64,000 nt of DNA from Bugula neritina (taxonomy: Eukaryota > Animalia > Bryozoa): NCBI GenBank assembly GCA_964035545.1, contig OZ037771.1, forward strand, positions 14,631,133 to 14,695,132, in the 5' to 3' direction. This document shows, one piece after another, positions 37,763 through 51,862 of the stretch. The notes beneath the pieces are model-generated. The model did not search any database. It was not told the DNA's origin and saw only the letters and a list, made by a program, of their open reading frames with translations. Every line of letters begins with the position of its first letter. Positions within the stretch are counted from its first letter, which is position 1. Position numbers and translations under genes: made by a program.

Positions 37763-40705
37763 TTATTTCCCAAAACTTCCATTCTGCAGAGCTTTTAGTA
37801 TGGCGGACTGTGCTCCATGCTCTGCGGCATTATGATGTGAATCAGTACCAGCATGGGGGTCATTACGTCCACCCGATATTATTGAGTTAGCGAGGTTAAG
37901 AACTCCATCTGTCAAACCGCTAATGGCTACAAAAAAATGATTAAACTTAGATTTGCACAAGATTTTGTAACATGAAAAATTATAAAATGCTACTTCTATA
38001 GCTTTCTCAATTTATTTGTAAAGCTTATACTGTTTTATGAATTTAGAGGTGATAAGCATGATGGCGTTTGCGAAATGCATTCCTTCACAATATAACAACA
38101 AATTCATGCTGCAGAATGCATTAATATGGCATACAACTACTATGTTATTTAATGTGTTTAGTTTGGAGGTATTATATTTCTATCTCAACATATATAATTT
38201 ACTTCAAACAACTTCAAGCTAAGAGCAGACAACTACAGCTAAAACAGAGTATTGCAGAATTTAAACTAGTTTTTATACCTCCAATTGGAAGTCCGCCAAT
38301 TGCTCCAGCAGCTCCGGCAGCAGCACCTCCTGTAGTGGCAGCACTTCCTGTGGCAGCAGCACCTCCTGTAGTAGCAGCACCTCCTGTAGTAGCAGCACCT
38401 CCTGTGGTAGCAGCACCTCCTGTGGTAGCGCCCCCAGCGGCACCTCCTCCTCCTAAATATATCAGTTCATACTAATCTTTAATGTAATTACATACAAACA
38501 TAATGAGCTATAATTCAAAGTTTGAACTTTCACAATGTGATCAAAACCCAGGGTAGACTATACGAATTAAATTACTTCAATATAACTTTTTTAGATTTAT
38601 TAGATGATAAAGCAATATTTTTATGGAATGCCAGTTAAGAAAATTGTTATAAGAAATTGTCTTACCATGTGAACTAGCTCCAAACATTTATGTGTAATAA
38701 TATTACACTAAGTAATGTTTATACTTTTAGTATATGTAAATACTTGATCATTTTTACACCTTCGGAATCAATTAATCACGTTGATAAACACCAACTTTAA
38801 TATAATAGTTATATAGATTACAATAAACACACTAACCTCTACATGCATATTCTAAGAAAATGATTACTAGATAATAAAATTTGTTTGCAAAAGTTTACCC
38901 AGAAGTCCAGACAGTCCGCCGAGAAGTCCAGCAGCACCGCCTGATCCACCTGAACCTCCTTTAAAATCAGAAAAATCAAAGGCTTTTTCTTTCTCAAGTA
39001 AATGAAATCATCAGTGTAAACGAGTGCATGCAGGTTGTTACTAAAATGCTTTTTATGAAACATGAGTCCGACAAAGTTGGTAGCATAACATTATTTAGTT
39101 CAACAAAATAATATGAAAGATTATCATTTGCTAGTGTAAAAAGTCTGATAAATTTGATATCAAGCTGTTGATATAAATTATTAAAAACAAGTTTTGAAAT
39201 ATTCTGTTTGTATTGTCATTGTTACAAATTAAATTAATTGTTGTTATATTTACCTAGAAGACCTGTCAAGCCGGAAATAATACCACTAGCACCTCCTAGA
39301 AGTGTAAATAAAAACAAGATTAATAACAAATGAGATATAAATACTGTCACTATAACCACAGCAATGACAATATTGATTCATATAGTTTATTTAATAAATT
39401 TAATCATATAGTATTTAGTATTAGAAAAACAGTCGCTGGAGTAGTATATAGAACTTTTAGTAACTTTTACGAAAAATAATTTCTTTATTCCTAATCTTTG
39501 TATTTGTGGGTGAAAGTGTAATATTGATCTGTTAAAAAGAAAAGACTAGAACAAATGGACAAACACAAAGTGCATGATTCAAATCATAGCCATAATACAC
39601 AATGGGTAGTCAAAGCGATACTTACCAGAACCTCCTCCTAATAAGCCACCGAGAGTATTCAATAGTCCTGAGGCTACGAACAGACATCAAAATATTCTCT
39701 GCGCAATTATTTAGATAACATTATAGAATGTATATTATAATTAATACTATTATACATATAATGAGTATTATTATACATACTATTACAGATATCATTAGGC
39801 TATATAATTATATTGTTATAGATCTTAATAACATAATATCAAATGTTAAACTTGAGTATTTATTCAGAATTCAAGCAGTCTAACAGGTAAAAAGATATTC
39901 GTGCAAATAAATAACTTTTATTGAATAACTATAAATGTTAAGAATCAGCACCCGGATGACGGTGACGGAGTGCAGTGGTTGGGGTCTCCAGTTTAAAATT
40001 TATAATTTAGACAGTGTCTATACAAATAATTTACTCAGTCACCCTCATCTCAGTGCTGCTTCTAGTGAGCCCCCTAAATATTACTACCTTATAGTCTGAC
40101 TACTACATAATATTATAGGTAAACTATAATACTTGATCGCTACTCTGTAGTCTGAGCGCTACACAACCTGCATGCATACCCAAGGGACTTCTTACCTCCA
40201 GCCAGTATATCTGCAAAATATATGAATTCAATAAATATATTTTAATGCAGTCTACATGGATGATTAGAAGTGTCATTCATCAGACTTGTTGACACATCAG
40301 TCTTTCATCTGACAGCAAAGAGTCATCATAAGGAAAGAAGTTATCATCTCTATTAGAAACAAATGTATAGATGCTGTAGTAGCACGATTAGAATTCGAAA
40401 TATATAGCTTTACAAAAGCCAACTACGTCATAAATCTCTAGATTATAGTGATACTTGTAATAATTTTCAAGAGTGCGTAACTCCTAGATTCTACCTAAAT
40501 TTATTTCAAGAAGTAAAACACGATCATTTTATCTCCTTTTAAAATGCTCACTGAAAAAGCTCTAACATTAGGTTTAAGCTATTTATTACAAATGTTCATT
40601 GAAATAGCTGAGGATCTTACTTCTTTTCTCCTCCTCTTCAGTGAGGGGGGCTGAGAAAACAGCTCCAACAGCTAATACCAACGTCACAGCAGCAGACAGC
40701 TTCAT
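37763..40705 (-). CDS. Secreted Gly/Leu/Ala-rich prepropeptide (~195 aa). Exons 40705-40621, 40210-40196, 39673-39626, 39295-39254, 38958-38899, 38452-38279, 37926-37763
   Basis: MKLSAAVTLVLAVGAVFSA-PLTEEEEKR-NILAG-ASGLLNTLGGLLGGGS-GGASGIISGLTGLL-GGSGGSGGAAGLLGGLSGLL-GGGGAAGG(A/AA)TTGG repeats...-AISGLTDGVLNLANSIISGGRNDPHAGTDSHHNAAEHGAQSAILKALQNGSFGK*. All introns GT-AG, phase 1. The 15-nt micro-exon is the least certain. Confidence 0.8.
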
Positions 40706-42168
40706 ATTCAATTCTTAGAGTGACCGGACTAGTATGCCAGATGAGAGGGAGTGAGAGCTTTGCGGAAAGAATGTAGTTGAGACTAACTTGTATCACCAGG
40801 GAAGTAACAGATGGTGACAGGAAACGCGTCAAGGTGTTATCTTTGCAGCTAACTAAGTAATACTATATGATTGGGAGCAGTGAAGACTGGGAAACTTGTG
40901 GGCATGAAATGTTGTTTTTCATAGTTTTAGTTAAACAGCTATTTACCACCAACCATCTTTTCAATTGTCTTTTCTCGCTACTCATCGGTTATAAAAATGT
41001 GATGTTAACCTTATAATAATTACCTTGTGAATATTTTATTGGTAAAAATAAGCAGTTCTTCATTTTATAAGCTGTTTCTGCACCATATTTGAACAATATA
41101 ACAGCTTATAATGTAATTACTAAAAGGAACTACATTTACAATAATAGAAGTGCTAACTTTAATTTAAATTTGTTATGTAATAGTTTGCTAATTGCTTGAC
41201 TCCATTAAACTTACAAGCTAAACAAGTAGTAGAGAACGGAATTACAGTAAAGAGTTTAATGCAACTTACTTAGGATCTAATACAACACCCGAAACCACTG
41301 ACGTTATAGTTTGTTGAAGATGCTGGGCAAATGGTAGTGTTTGTTGTATTTTAGAACAGCTTGCTGCAAGCCGCCTAAACACTGGTATTAACCTAAGCTA
41401 TTATAATGTAATTTTTACAATCAAGGAGGTGTAAAACACTTGTAGAAAACTCTTACAATATAGAAAATGCAGAATTCAAATAAAAATTGTGTATTTATTG
41501 ATATAACCAGTGGATAAAAGACTATATACAGGAAGTCAAAATGTGCACTAACAAGAATATAGTATTCATGCTTTTCTTTGAGATTTTAAGTTACTACAAA
41601 CTTTATATAGTTCTAAATCTCACGCTACTCTAAACAAAATATAGTAGTTGTAGAAAACATAGCACTCTTATACAATGTTAGTATGAAAAGATGAATTAGG
41701 TAAATATACTGGCCTGAAATGCATGCACTTTAGGATAAACAAATTCTTGGAGCTTAGTATTTGCATGCACAACTTGTGTAAGTCACCGAAAGTTTGGAAA
41801 CCATTTCACTCTCCGTGACATGGTTGAAAAAGCTGACTCAAAGTTTAAGCAGCTTTGCGTTGCTACGCCTGGAAGCAGATACCACATCTGTTGATTTACG
41901 TGATGTAACAGCTATTCCATCGCATCTTTTCATGCGAGACGAGTATTTAAATTGGCACTCGAATCATTGTAAAACTGATTGTTAGAAATACAATGCCTAT
42001 ACTAGGATCAAACCTTAAATTTACTTTGCATTTTATATCCATTATCGATATTAATCAAGTAGTAATTGTAATACAATTGTCTTGCTGGGATTAGAGGCAA
42101 CACTATAAATAAAAACACTATCGATATTTAAACATATAGAAGCTATTTTTTAATACTTGGGCATCTGA

Positions 42169-45100
42169 TCATGATGTCACTTCCATGTCGTATGCGTTGT
42201 TGGTGTAGTTATGACAAGCGCTAACAGGTGTGCTGGGCTTAGCCTCCACTTCCTTTACTGGAGACTGTTTACAGGAACTTGATAGAGGAATACACAATAA
42301 CATTAGTCCACTTAGAACTAGCCCACTTCCACCAAATGCAAACACGGCTGGAAAACTATAGTTAGTTTTTGAAAACAGCCAACCTGCAAAAGAGGAAAAC
42401 TCTCAAATAGATTGTGTTTGTCTACTTATAGGTACTCTTTTGAGAGGTTCAACTGGGGGCAGACAACTTTGATTGAACTAAAACTTTACCTGCAATCAAG
42501 GGCCCAGTGAGAGAAGGAATGGATACGAAGAAGTTGACCATACCAAAAGCTAATGGTAGTTTGTTCACTCCTATAAGATCAGCGAGTGTGGTGCATTGTA
42601 AGCAGAATATAGCCCCTGTATAATGCATAATAAGATAAAATAATAAACTATACATGGCGTGCAGTAGTATAAAGCATTGACATTGTAAATTTTAGCCAAA
42701 TATAGGAGAACTATAATGAAGCATTCAAAGTAACTTAGTGCAACAACAAAACTAAAATAAAGAAATAATTATTCTTGCCATTAGCAGAAAACGGTGAAGT
42801 CTATGAATTAAGTCAAGTCATATTTTTCTACTTTTGTGTAGTCCAGTCTATTGATCAAATAATTTCTGCAAACGGTTTGAAGTTAAAACGCATATCTATG
42901 CTTGCAGTTATTACAATTTCTAAAGTTTTTGTTTTGCATTATAATTTTTAGTCTGCGAGTTTAGATAAAATAGGGAAACACCTTACAACTTCCTATGCAA
43001 GTAAATGGTACTATAGTAGAAATAACTTTGCACACATGGTATATATACCACTTGAACATCCGTGTGCCAAACAGTTATGTAACTTTGATTATCAAATGAT
43101 AACTAAATGTTTTAGCTCATTCCAGTTGACATAAGCTTAAATAGATTTGAAAACAGTTGAAGCTATAAATAGCCTTTTACTTGCTGGTTGAGGATGCTAG
43201 TGAATGGTGCAGAAAATGTAAAATGTAGATTTTACATTAAATATGTAATTTAAAATGCATTCTTTTACTTTATGATATGCTAACTTAAATCGTTTAAAAC
43301 TTAAAGAATCACAGCTTTCACGCTGTATCGAAGTTGACATGTACACTGAGGTTTATAGATAAACTAGTAATTAGAAAACTTCCCCCCCCCCCACTGTTAT
43401 TTGAACCCGAGACCTCTAACTTGCAAGCAGGAAAGCTACCATTAAAATACAAAGGTTATTGGGTAAACTCAAAGCTGCAGTGAACAGATATTTAAGCAAG
43501 AAGCTTCAGTGAAATGTATGTGCACGCGCCGGTGAGAATATAGAAAGATAAATAATTTACTTGCCCATTCCAATCCCATATAGAGCTGAGTAGATCACTT
43601 GCGCTACAAAGGTTGGCCCAAAGCTGTACACAGTACACAATCCGAGAGCGATGTGGCTCCCAAGAAACCATAAAAGTCTTTTGCTCCGAAAATACTTCAA
43701 ATCTATGATGAAGCCAAAGAAGATGCGACTTAGAAAGTTGCCTATACCTATTATTGAAAGTAGATAACTCCTCTCTTTCTCGGGAATACCATAGTGTTTG
43801 GCTCGGTATGGAATATATACAAAAGGAAGGAAGTATACATGATGCAACAGGATCTTTCCAAGAGCGAATATTGTAAAATTAGGAGTCTTTAGAAGCCTAA
43901 AGTCCACAGAACTTTTAAGTGCAGACGTTAGTGTTACTTGCAGAGAAGTTGATTTAGGTTCTGTTGCAGCCTTCAACTTTGATTCATTTGAACCTGTGGA
44001 AATCCTTTTGTTCAGAGTAGAAATCTTATGTTGCCGAATTCGCATGGCTTCCTCCACTGGTATTATAAGGAAAGCAAACACAAGACCATTTAGCAAGATG
44101 GCCGACAGAATCAGACAGGTACCAAAATAGGCAAACTCATTGAGAAGAAAATTCGTGAGAGGTGGGAATGCGATTAGACCTATTCCGGTGCCACACGTCG
44201 CTATGCCATTGGCCAATCCCCTCCTCTTGCAGAAGAACTGTCCAAGTAGACAGGCTCCTGGCTGGTATATGAGACCCAATCCAATACCTGGCAATAGAGA
44301 ACACACTTTAGCTAATAAAGTTTCTACTGGAATACTGGCTTGGACCTGTTTATGAAAATCATTGATCGCTAGTGGCCATGGTGTCCAAATCTCACGCAAG
44401 TTTATAGTTCATATTCCTGTGAGAAAGCCCTGATGAAGGGGTTTTTTGTTAAATTAGCTAAGGGCTTATTTATATGAGGCACAGGAGCAATTATGAATAG
44501 ATGCTCTTCTTAACACCACCAACAGCCTTTGTCAGGGTTCGAACCCACAACTTTGTGTTTACTAAGCAAACACCCTAGACTACAGCTGCTCCTCGTGGTG
44601 TCTCAGTATCGTTTTATAAGAAGATTGTTACATGATAATAAACTATTTCGGTTAGTTAGCCTACAGTCAACTACTTGTAATTTGTTAAAATAAACTTTTA
44701 GCATAGAATAGTGTTTTGCTACTCAATAATTGTACCTTAAAAGGAACGGAATAGGCAACTTTTTAACTTTAACTCCATTGTCTCACTGCATTCAACATAC
44801 AGAAGAGGATAAAGAAATTGTTTTAATTTAATTCATAATTTAAAAACTTTTGACTTGCTACTTTTCAAAGCCTTGCCAAAAAATAGTAAATAGTGAATAT
44901 TGAAGCATTGCACAACATGTGGATAAGCATCAGTGATGAAGGTGCAGTGAATGTAAACATAATTGATCATGATGCAACTTTCTTTCCAATGAGCATGCAT
45001 TGCCGGTTTAAGAATAAAATTTTGTAGTGGTTGAAAACAAAGTAACCATTCACACAATATGGAAATTATTTATCTTAGTGTAGTATAATACGAAAATGTA

Positions 45101-46797
45101 ATGTAGTATATTACAATTTAATATCACAATGCAACATAATATCTTAAAACATTATTATAATATATTAGTATAACATCAAATTGCATTAAACTATCAGTTA
45201 TCACAGTGTAACATAGTACCACTCTGCATTATATTACATTTTATTATAACACAATACTACTATAACATGTACTATATAAAACAGTATTATATTATATTGT
45301 AATATAATACTACACTGTAATATAATACTAGATTATGAAATAATAATACATTGCAATATGTTACTATAAATTGTAGTTTAATACTATAATATAATACTAT
45401 ATAATATTTTTATGCTGTAATATAATACTATAATATAATACTATAGAATATTTGTATGCTGTAATACAATACTATAATATAATTTACTATAGAATATTTG
45501 TATGCTGTAATATAATACTATAATATAATACTATATAATATTTGTATGCTGTAATATAATTCACGAATGACATTCTGCTATTTACCTGTGAGAACCCCCA
45601 TGCTAATCTTCAGTGCAAACAGGTTTTGAGCAAAGGCGCTGGATGCCATCCCAGAAGTCATGAACACTGTTCCTAGAATAACAACCGTCCGGGCACCGAA
45701 CCGTGACATTATTCCTGTTGACACCAGAGCTGCAAATCAAAATGGTATTAAAATTTACAAACAGGCAAAGGTTTTTGAAATTGTCAGAGTTTATTCACAT
45801 CTCTTGAAGAAATGTCATCTCAAATTTTTCAGCATTCATTCTGGAAAAATAATTTAGCGAGTAATTTGAGTTTGAGGAGAAAGTTTGTCACAAAAGCAAT
45901 TAGGTTCGAGCGGCTATAAAAGAATTTTAGTATTAGGAACTTACGGGATGAGTAGAAAAACACGTTCAACAAAGAGATGATCCAAGAAGCTTCTGCGTTG
46001 GAGACTTGATATCTATCGAGAATTTCCAGATATATGATCCCTATGGAGTATCGCAAGCCATCGGTTATGACAAACAGCCCCCAGCAGGCAAACGTGATCA
46101 GCCATCCCCACCCTGTAATGTGACAAGAATGTGGGGAGAAGAGAGTATATCTTTAGTAATCTGCTGTTACCATGCAGTACTTAAACTACCAAACAAGTCA
46201 TTACTAATAAGTAGTTGCATCACAACACAAAATGATCGCAATATTTAGTTTGGCTGTTATTGTCTTTACACTCAATAAATTTTCTCACAGCTTATGTTCG
46301 TAAGAAATTAAGAATGATTAAAGGTAAAAATATCTGCAATGTGATTATATTTTAGTACTGTAATTAGTCAGTGCATGGCCACTGCAGTGTAATGGTTGGT
46401 GTGCCAGCAAGCCGGAGGTTTGGGGTTCGAATCCCAGTGGGGACAAAAGTTTTACACATATTATGTCTATGAGTATGCGGGTTGTGTAGCAACTTATGAT
46501 AGAAAGAATTGGCTTATGGAGTATATTATATATTTCTACAAACATAACTGAATCATCCTACAAAGAGTATCCTAATATAGGATGTTCAATATTACCTCCG
46601 TCAAGAAATTCTCTCTCTTCAGGTGACCGAAGCTCCTCGTCTGTGATGGATCCGGCCTCCAGTTCTATAGAAGAAGAGGGAGAGATTCCGTTCTCCACAA
46701 ACTGCTTGCCAGTTGATCCATTTTCAGAGTCGGTGTTATAATCGCTGATTTTATTTTGTTCTTCAATTTGTTCGTGGAGATCATTAGGTTGAGTCAT
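42169..46797 (-). CDS. Monocarboxylate transporter family (SLC16/MCT, MFS) protein (~525 aa). Exons 46797-46596, 46112-45945, 45729-45586, 44287-43565, 42615-42490, 42383-42169
   Basis: DGGWGW signature across exons 1/2, RFGARTVVILG, GIGLGLIYQP, FFCKRRGLANGIATCGTGIG, LLSIIGIGNFLSRIFFG, GPLIAGWL; frame continuous (1578 nt) using one GC donor. Subfamily not assigned; start codon inferred. Confidence 0.9.
44391..44593 (-). mobile_element. tRNA-derived SINE in an SLC16 intron
   Basis: Matches the 58710 copy along its length, including GGTTCGAACCC. Confidence 0.88.
45380..45560. repeat. AT-rich ~44-46-bp tandem repeat, about 4 copies
   Basis: TATGCTGTAA recurs at 45411, 45455, 45501, 45545. Confidence 0.85.
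46374..46445 (+). mobile_element. tRNA-derived SINE head or tRNA pseudogene (different family)
   Basis: A-box-like TGCAGTGTAATGG and B-box GGTTCGAATCCC; no clean cloverleaf. Confidence 0.5.
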
Positions 46798-47689
46798 TGT
46801 AAGAGTAGGTGCTTTCAGCACGAGGTTGATACAGCGTGTAGTGCTGTTGAATCCTCCATGATGTTTATATATGACAGTAATTTACACTTTAATATAGCAT
46901 TGTTTAGAATACGTGTACACTGTGAGAGAGCACACATTGGATAGGCTGTAGTGGAACCGTGCCCAACTTCATAGATAGATGTCTCTGGTAGATTGTAGGC
47001 AGTGATATTTAACTTGTTGAACCAGCATGTTAGCTATATTTAAATAAGTGGCTCCTCTCTCGTCAGTCAAACAACCTGGTCAACAAACTTTATGAGTTTT
47101 CCTGTAAAATAAGTTTAGTTGAAATAATATTTGTTATACTTTTCAAGGATTGGAAACAATTTATGACACAATTGTTAATGCGTTATAGTTCAATAAGAAT
47201 ACATGAAGGAAATATATAAATTTTGCACTGATGTTTATATAATCTTATACAGACTAACATAATTATAAAAAAGTTAGTTTATTTTTACTCTGCGTTAAGC
47301 AGTTATATTTATATAATATACTTTTCATTATAAACCTGACTAATACACTTGTGTCTATATTCCATATATAAGACAAATGTGTGCAGAATTTATCAAAAAG
47401 TCATTAAAAATAATTTAGGCTTAATTCATAAATAACTAAACCTATTTCAAAATGCATTTAAAATTTCTTTGATGGAGAAAAGAAAAGTCTGATTTAGCGT
47501 TGGAAAGCCTAAGTTTTGCAATAATTTAATAAGCTGTCTAATCCAACTTTTAAATTAATTTTTATTCAATTTTAGACAGCGAAATCTGTGTTTTGGTGAA
47601 TTTTTGATTTTCTAAATTTTGCTATTTGGGTGGGTTTTGTTCTACAGATAAAAAAACTTTTCTTGCTAAAATATCTGCTGCAGGCAGTG

Positions 47690-47985
47690 CTATATGTAGG
47701 TACAATATTTGCTATACAACTAATGCTATAGGTACAGTATCTGCTACAACTAGTGCTATAAGTACAATATTTGCTATACAAATAATGCTATAGGTATAAT
47801 ATTTGCTATACAACTAATGCTATAGGTACAATATTTGCTATACAACTAATGCTATAGGTACAATATTTGCTATGCAACTAATGCTATAGGTATAATATTT
47901 GCTATACAACTATAATGCTATAGGTACAATATTTGCTACACAAATAATGCTATAGGTACAATATCTGCTACAACCAGTGCTATAA
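47690..47985. repeat. 32-bp minisatellite (CAACTAATGCTATAGGTACAATATTTGCTATA), about 9 copies
   Basis: Visible tandem units. Confidence 0.92.
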
Positions 47986-50900
47986 ATAAACGCTACAGTA
48001 TCAGCTGTTTTATATATCAGTAGAATTTTGAAAGTTAGACGTCTGACCGAGAAATAAATGTGAATGAATGAGTAAGTGTCAACACCTCAGCACATGCTCA
48101 GACACGTCTCAAGTTTGTCCTTGAAGACAGGTCGTCTGGCTGACTGAAAGGACAGGACTATAGTATACTGTAAGTGATTTATCATGGTATAGACAGCTTA
48201 TAAAACGAGCAACTTTAGGACTAAAGGTATTTTACTCAAACTCTTCTCTGTTGCTATTTAGCTGACGTCAAGTTAACATGCTGGACTTGCATTAAGCTTT
48301 GCTGTAAAGGGTCTGTAGCTTCATTCAACTTTCTCAACATTAGGCAAAATTTAATGATGAATTTATTTGCAATTTATATTCCATTTAAAAGAATTCTAGC
48401 AGTTTTTTGTAATTGAAAAGTATGGCAGGAGTTTTAAGTCTTGGCAGCGTTTTTAATAAACTGCATTAACTGATATTTGCTCTGCTGTGCTAAATCATGG
48501 AATAGCATCTAGATTATATGGCATCTAGCATTACATGCTCAGTCTAGGTTGAGAGCAAACTTGGTGAACAGCTGGCAAACATATTTTATAGTTGACTGAA
48601 TTGTTATTGATAAACTACCTACATGCAGATATTAAACACATTCATAGCTCAGTAAAAACTTAGGGACAAACAAAAATGTAAAATTGGACTTTAGATTAAT
48701 GACAATAGAAGGTTGAAAAATAAATTTGGTTATTTCACCAGCATAGTTATTTAGTTAATGTGAAAAACAAGATTTTAACTGAAAGTAGCACATCCTACAT
48801 AGTTACAATTAGAGTTTTCAATTTATATTATTTCAATTTGATGCCAGCCATTTCTGCTGAATAGAATTATGTTTAGTGCAATCATTTTTTTATTACATTG
48901 GCTCATCTTGCAGAAATGGTGTCTTTCAGGCAACGGCTACATTATTTTAGTATAAAGACAATTCCAATTGCAAACAATAAAACATTAAATAGTCCATATT
49001 TGAGCCCTATTCACAAATCAATGTACCACATTCAGCTAAGAAGCTATAACTAGTGCAAGCTCTTATTTTTTGAATGAATTTGTGGCAGAAATCGATAAAT
49101 TTAAGAAGATTTGTTTTATTCCTAACTAGTTTAGCTAAACAGAGTATTCATAAACCAAAATAAAAATACTACTTCAAGCAAAATGTTCACAAGTAACTTG
49201 CTAAGCCTAATTAATTACATAACAAATAATCATTGAAAGTAATTTGTTTTACTACATTTAGGTCAAAAGCAACTATTTAGTAAATTGTTTTTTATATGAA
49301 TAATTTGTAAACAGGAGAAAAGATAAAATAGCGATATGTAGCATCAATAAAAGAATTATTAGTGTCATACTGTTTGGTGCTTAACAAATTTTAAACCTTT
49401 TAAGACAACTTCTTCCTTTTGCACTTTTGGATTTCAAGCTCAACTCCATTTAGCTTTTTTCATTGACATGAGATGGAATTGAGCAGCACAACTGCAAGCT
49501 CTGACCGAATTCAAGTTAAACAGGAAAGTAGAAATCGGGCATTGACCTTCGTAAATGACTTTCTTGATCAGCTGATATAATGTGAAAGACTGGTAAAAGT
49601 TTATTATTGCTATGGGCTGACAAAGTACCTAATGAAAGATCTCAAAGAATTTCAAGAATGCAAAAGAGAAAAATGATTAAAAAGTGAAAAAAGGATCAAA
49701 AGATTAAAAATACAAAGGTGAGAAGATTGCATTCAGCAAGTTTAATAACTTTGGTTATTAAAACTACATCTTCTCTGCACGGGTCAATAATTAGATCATT
49801 ATTGACAATAGGAAAAGCTTTTGATGATCAATTTAATTGCAAGGACACTACACGTGATAGATGTGTCATGTGTATGATATATAGCCTATGAAGTGCAGTC
49901 ACTGCACCGCACTCTACTAACACAGTAGTGGCAATGATTAATTTACAACTTTCGATAACATACTCTCACGCACCATGAGATAATCTAAGTTCAATGGTAT
50001 AGCCATATTTTTGCTAAAAAGCCAACTATTTTCAAGGTGGTGAGCTAACAAGCTTTACTTCTGTACTATTATAGTATTTCACTATATGAAATTGCAACAT
50101 ATAGTGTATTTATTTGCAGTTTAATATATTAAATTTGAGAAGAATGTAAGTAACTAACAAATACTGTATTAATATTGCAGTATACAATGGTGCAATTATG
50201 AAGTTTATGTTGAAGTTCTAATGGCTGGCGTAGAATTGAGCTTTAATATCAACATGTTTTTATGTTACAGCTAATTTGATTGGTTGGTGATGGTGAGATT
50301 AAGAGGTAGATGGCACATAGGCTTAAGAATGTTCTTCTTAGGAAATGCAGTTATTATACAACTGATATATTATATGTTGTTGGTATCAGTATTGCATGAG
50401 ACAGAGTGTTTAAATGTACTGCCTTTGTTTGAATTAGTTCGAAATGTAATAAAGTGGAATTTGCAGGTTTTAAAATAGGTGGTGTTAAAGTTGGTAAGCA
50501 CCTCTGATTGGCTGATTGTTACATGGTCTATTTAAAGCAACTCAGCTAAATTACGTAACCCAGTATATTTGAATGCACTAAATTATACCCTTAGCAGTCA
50601 TTCCAATCCCATTTTAAGGTTACCGCATTGAGTTAGCTTGGATGACATATAACCGCAGGTGCACTGAAAGAACCCAGAGAACAGCTATGCTGTAATACAC
50701 ATCTTGCATCAGTTTCGCTGTGGGCTCTATAGTTCGCTGTTACATAAGGCATAGCTCATGAAATCATTGTCTTAGAATGTAGTAAGATGTGTGTGTAGAG
50801 CTAAGTAAAACCATGTTTTATTAGTTTTCACATCAGCCTATTAGATGTGTTGAGGAAAATTGGTTTGCAAAAGAAAATGTTTTGTTGAAAAAAATGTAAA

Positions 50901-51706
50901 CTTATGAAGAATAACAAAATAACGATAGATCCACAAGATGAAAACAGCCAAGCACCTGCCTAAACTTAGCAGTAAACTTTTCATAAGCTAGAATCAACGT
51001 GCCATGGGTGTCTCAAGCTTTATGGAGAAGTATTCGTAAAGCCCTAGGCTATAGTTCTATCTTTACCTTTACAAGATATTTGGGATGAAAGTTTCACCTG
51101 CCTAAGACTGGAGAATTTTATTTTATGACTAAAAGCTATAATTTTTAGCTGTTGTTCATGTAAAGACGTTTTGATTTGTCACTGCCCTAGCACAGTTACT
51201 CTTTGTTAAGTTAACAGGCTAGTGCTCTCTTTAAAAAAAGGTAGTTATATAACTCGCTATATCCCTTTACCTCCATCTCTTGATACAGGTAAAAGAATCA
51301 GTTAAGGTCAAAAATATAGGTCACAATATTTGCATAAAAAAGTTTCTAGTTTTATTTTAAGAGCAGACAATTTTGTACATAATAAAAACATTTGCACTGA
51401 ATTCTGATTGTTGACAGCATAGTTATATGGAAGTTTCCGGAATTGTACCAGCATTGTATGACTACTAAGTGCGATAGTGGCGCCATGACGAAACTACATG
51501 TGGTGATTTGACATCTTTTAAAAATAATTTTCTGTTATGTATAAACTTGATACATATGTTACATGACTAGAGTATTTTATGACAATAAATGTTAGTAACT
51601 AGATCAATAATATTCATACTTTTGAAGGAAACATGTCAACAATGTATTACTGTAAGCATGCAGCTGTGACATAATGAGTAATGAACTTCGTGTTGCACAT
51701 GCTACC

Positions 51707-51862
51707 TGTGTGTGTGTTGTGTGTGTGTTGTTTGTGTGTTGTTTGTGTGTTGTTTGTGTGTTGTTTAAGTGTTGTGTGTTGTGTGTGTGTCTGTGTGTGT
51801 GCGTGCGTGCGTTTGTGTGTGTGTGTGGGTGTGTGTGTGTTATGTGTGCGTGTTTTGTGTGC
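51707..51862. repeat. Degenerate (TG)n microsatellite
   Basis: Directly visible. Confidence 0.9.

Larger units (their letters stand above)
29901..38930. repeat. Segmental duplication copy B
   Basis: Colinear with 18571-28453; the duplicated unit extends left to the junction at 28454. Confidence 0.9.

Noticed and set aside
38152-38475. Plus-strand Pro/Ala/Val-rich ORF (AAPPVV repeats, cuticle-protein-like), and 27780-27986
   Set aside because: Antisense shadow of the Gly/Ala exon; splice sites and the signal peptide support the minus strand.
40033-40073. Extra exon candidate in the Gly-rich gene
   Set aside because: Contains a stop in the phase-1 frame used by all other exons.
44288-44399. 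N-terminal part of ORF 43557-44399 as the SLC16 start
   Set aside because: Intronic read-through into a SINE tail; upstream exons supply the DGGWGW-containing N-terminus.
46374-46445. Functional tRNA gene (also the SINE heads at 29213, 44593, 58927)
   Set aside because: Pol III boxes are present but acceptor and anticodon stems do not pair properly; most continue into a shared SINE body.
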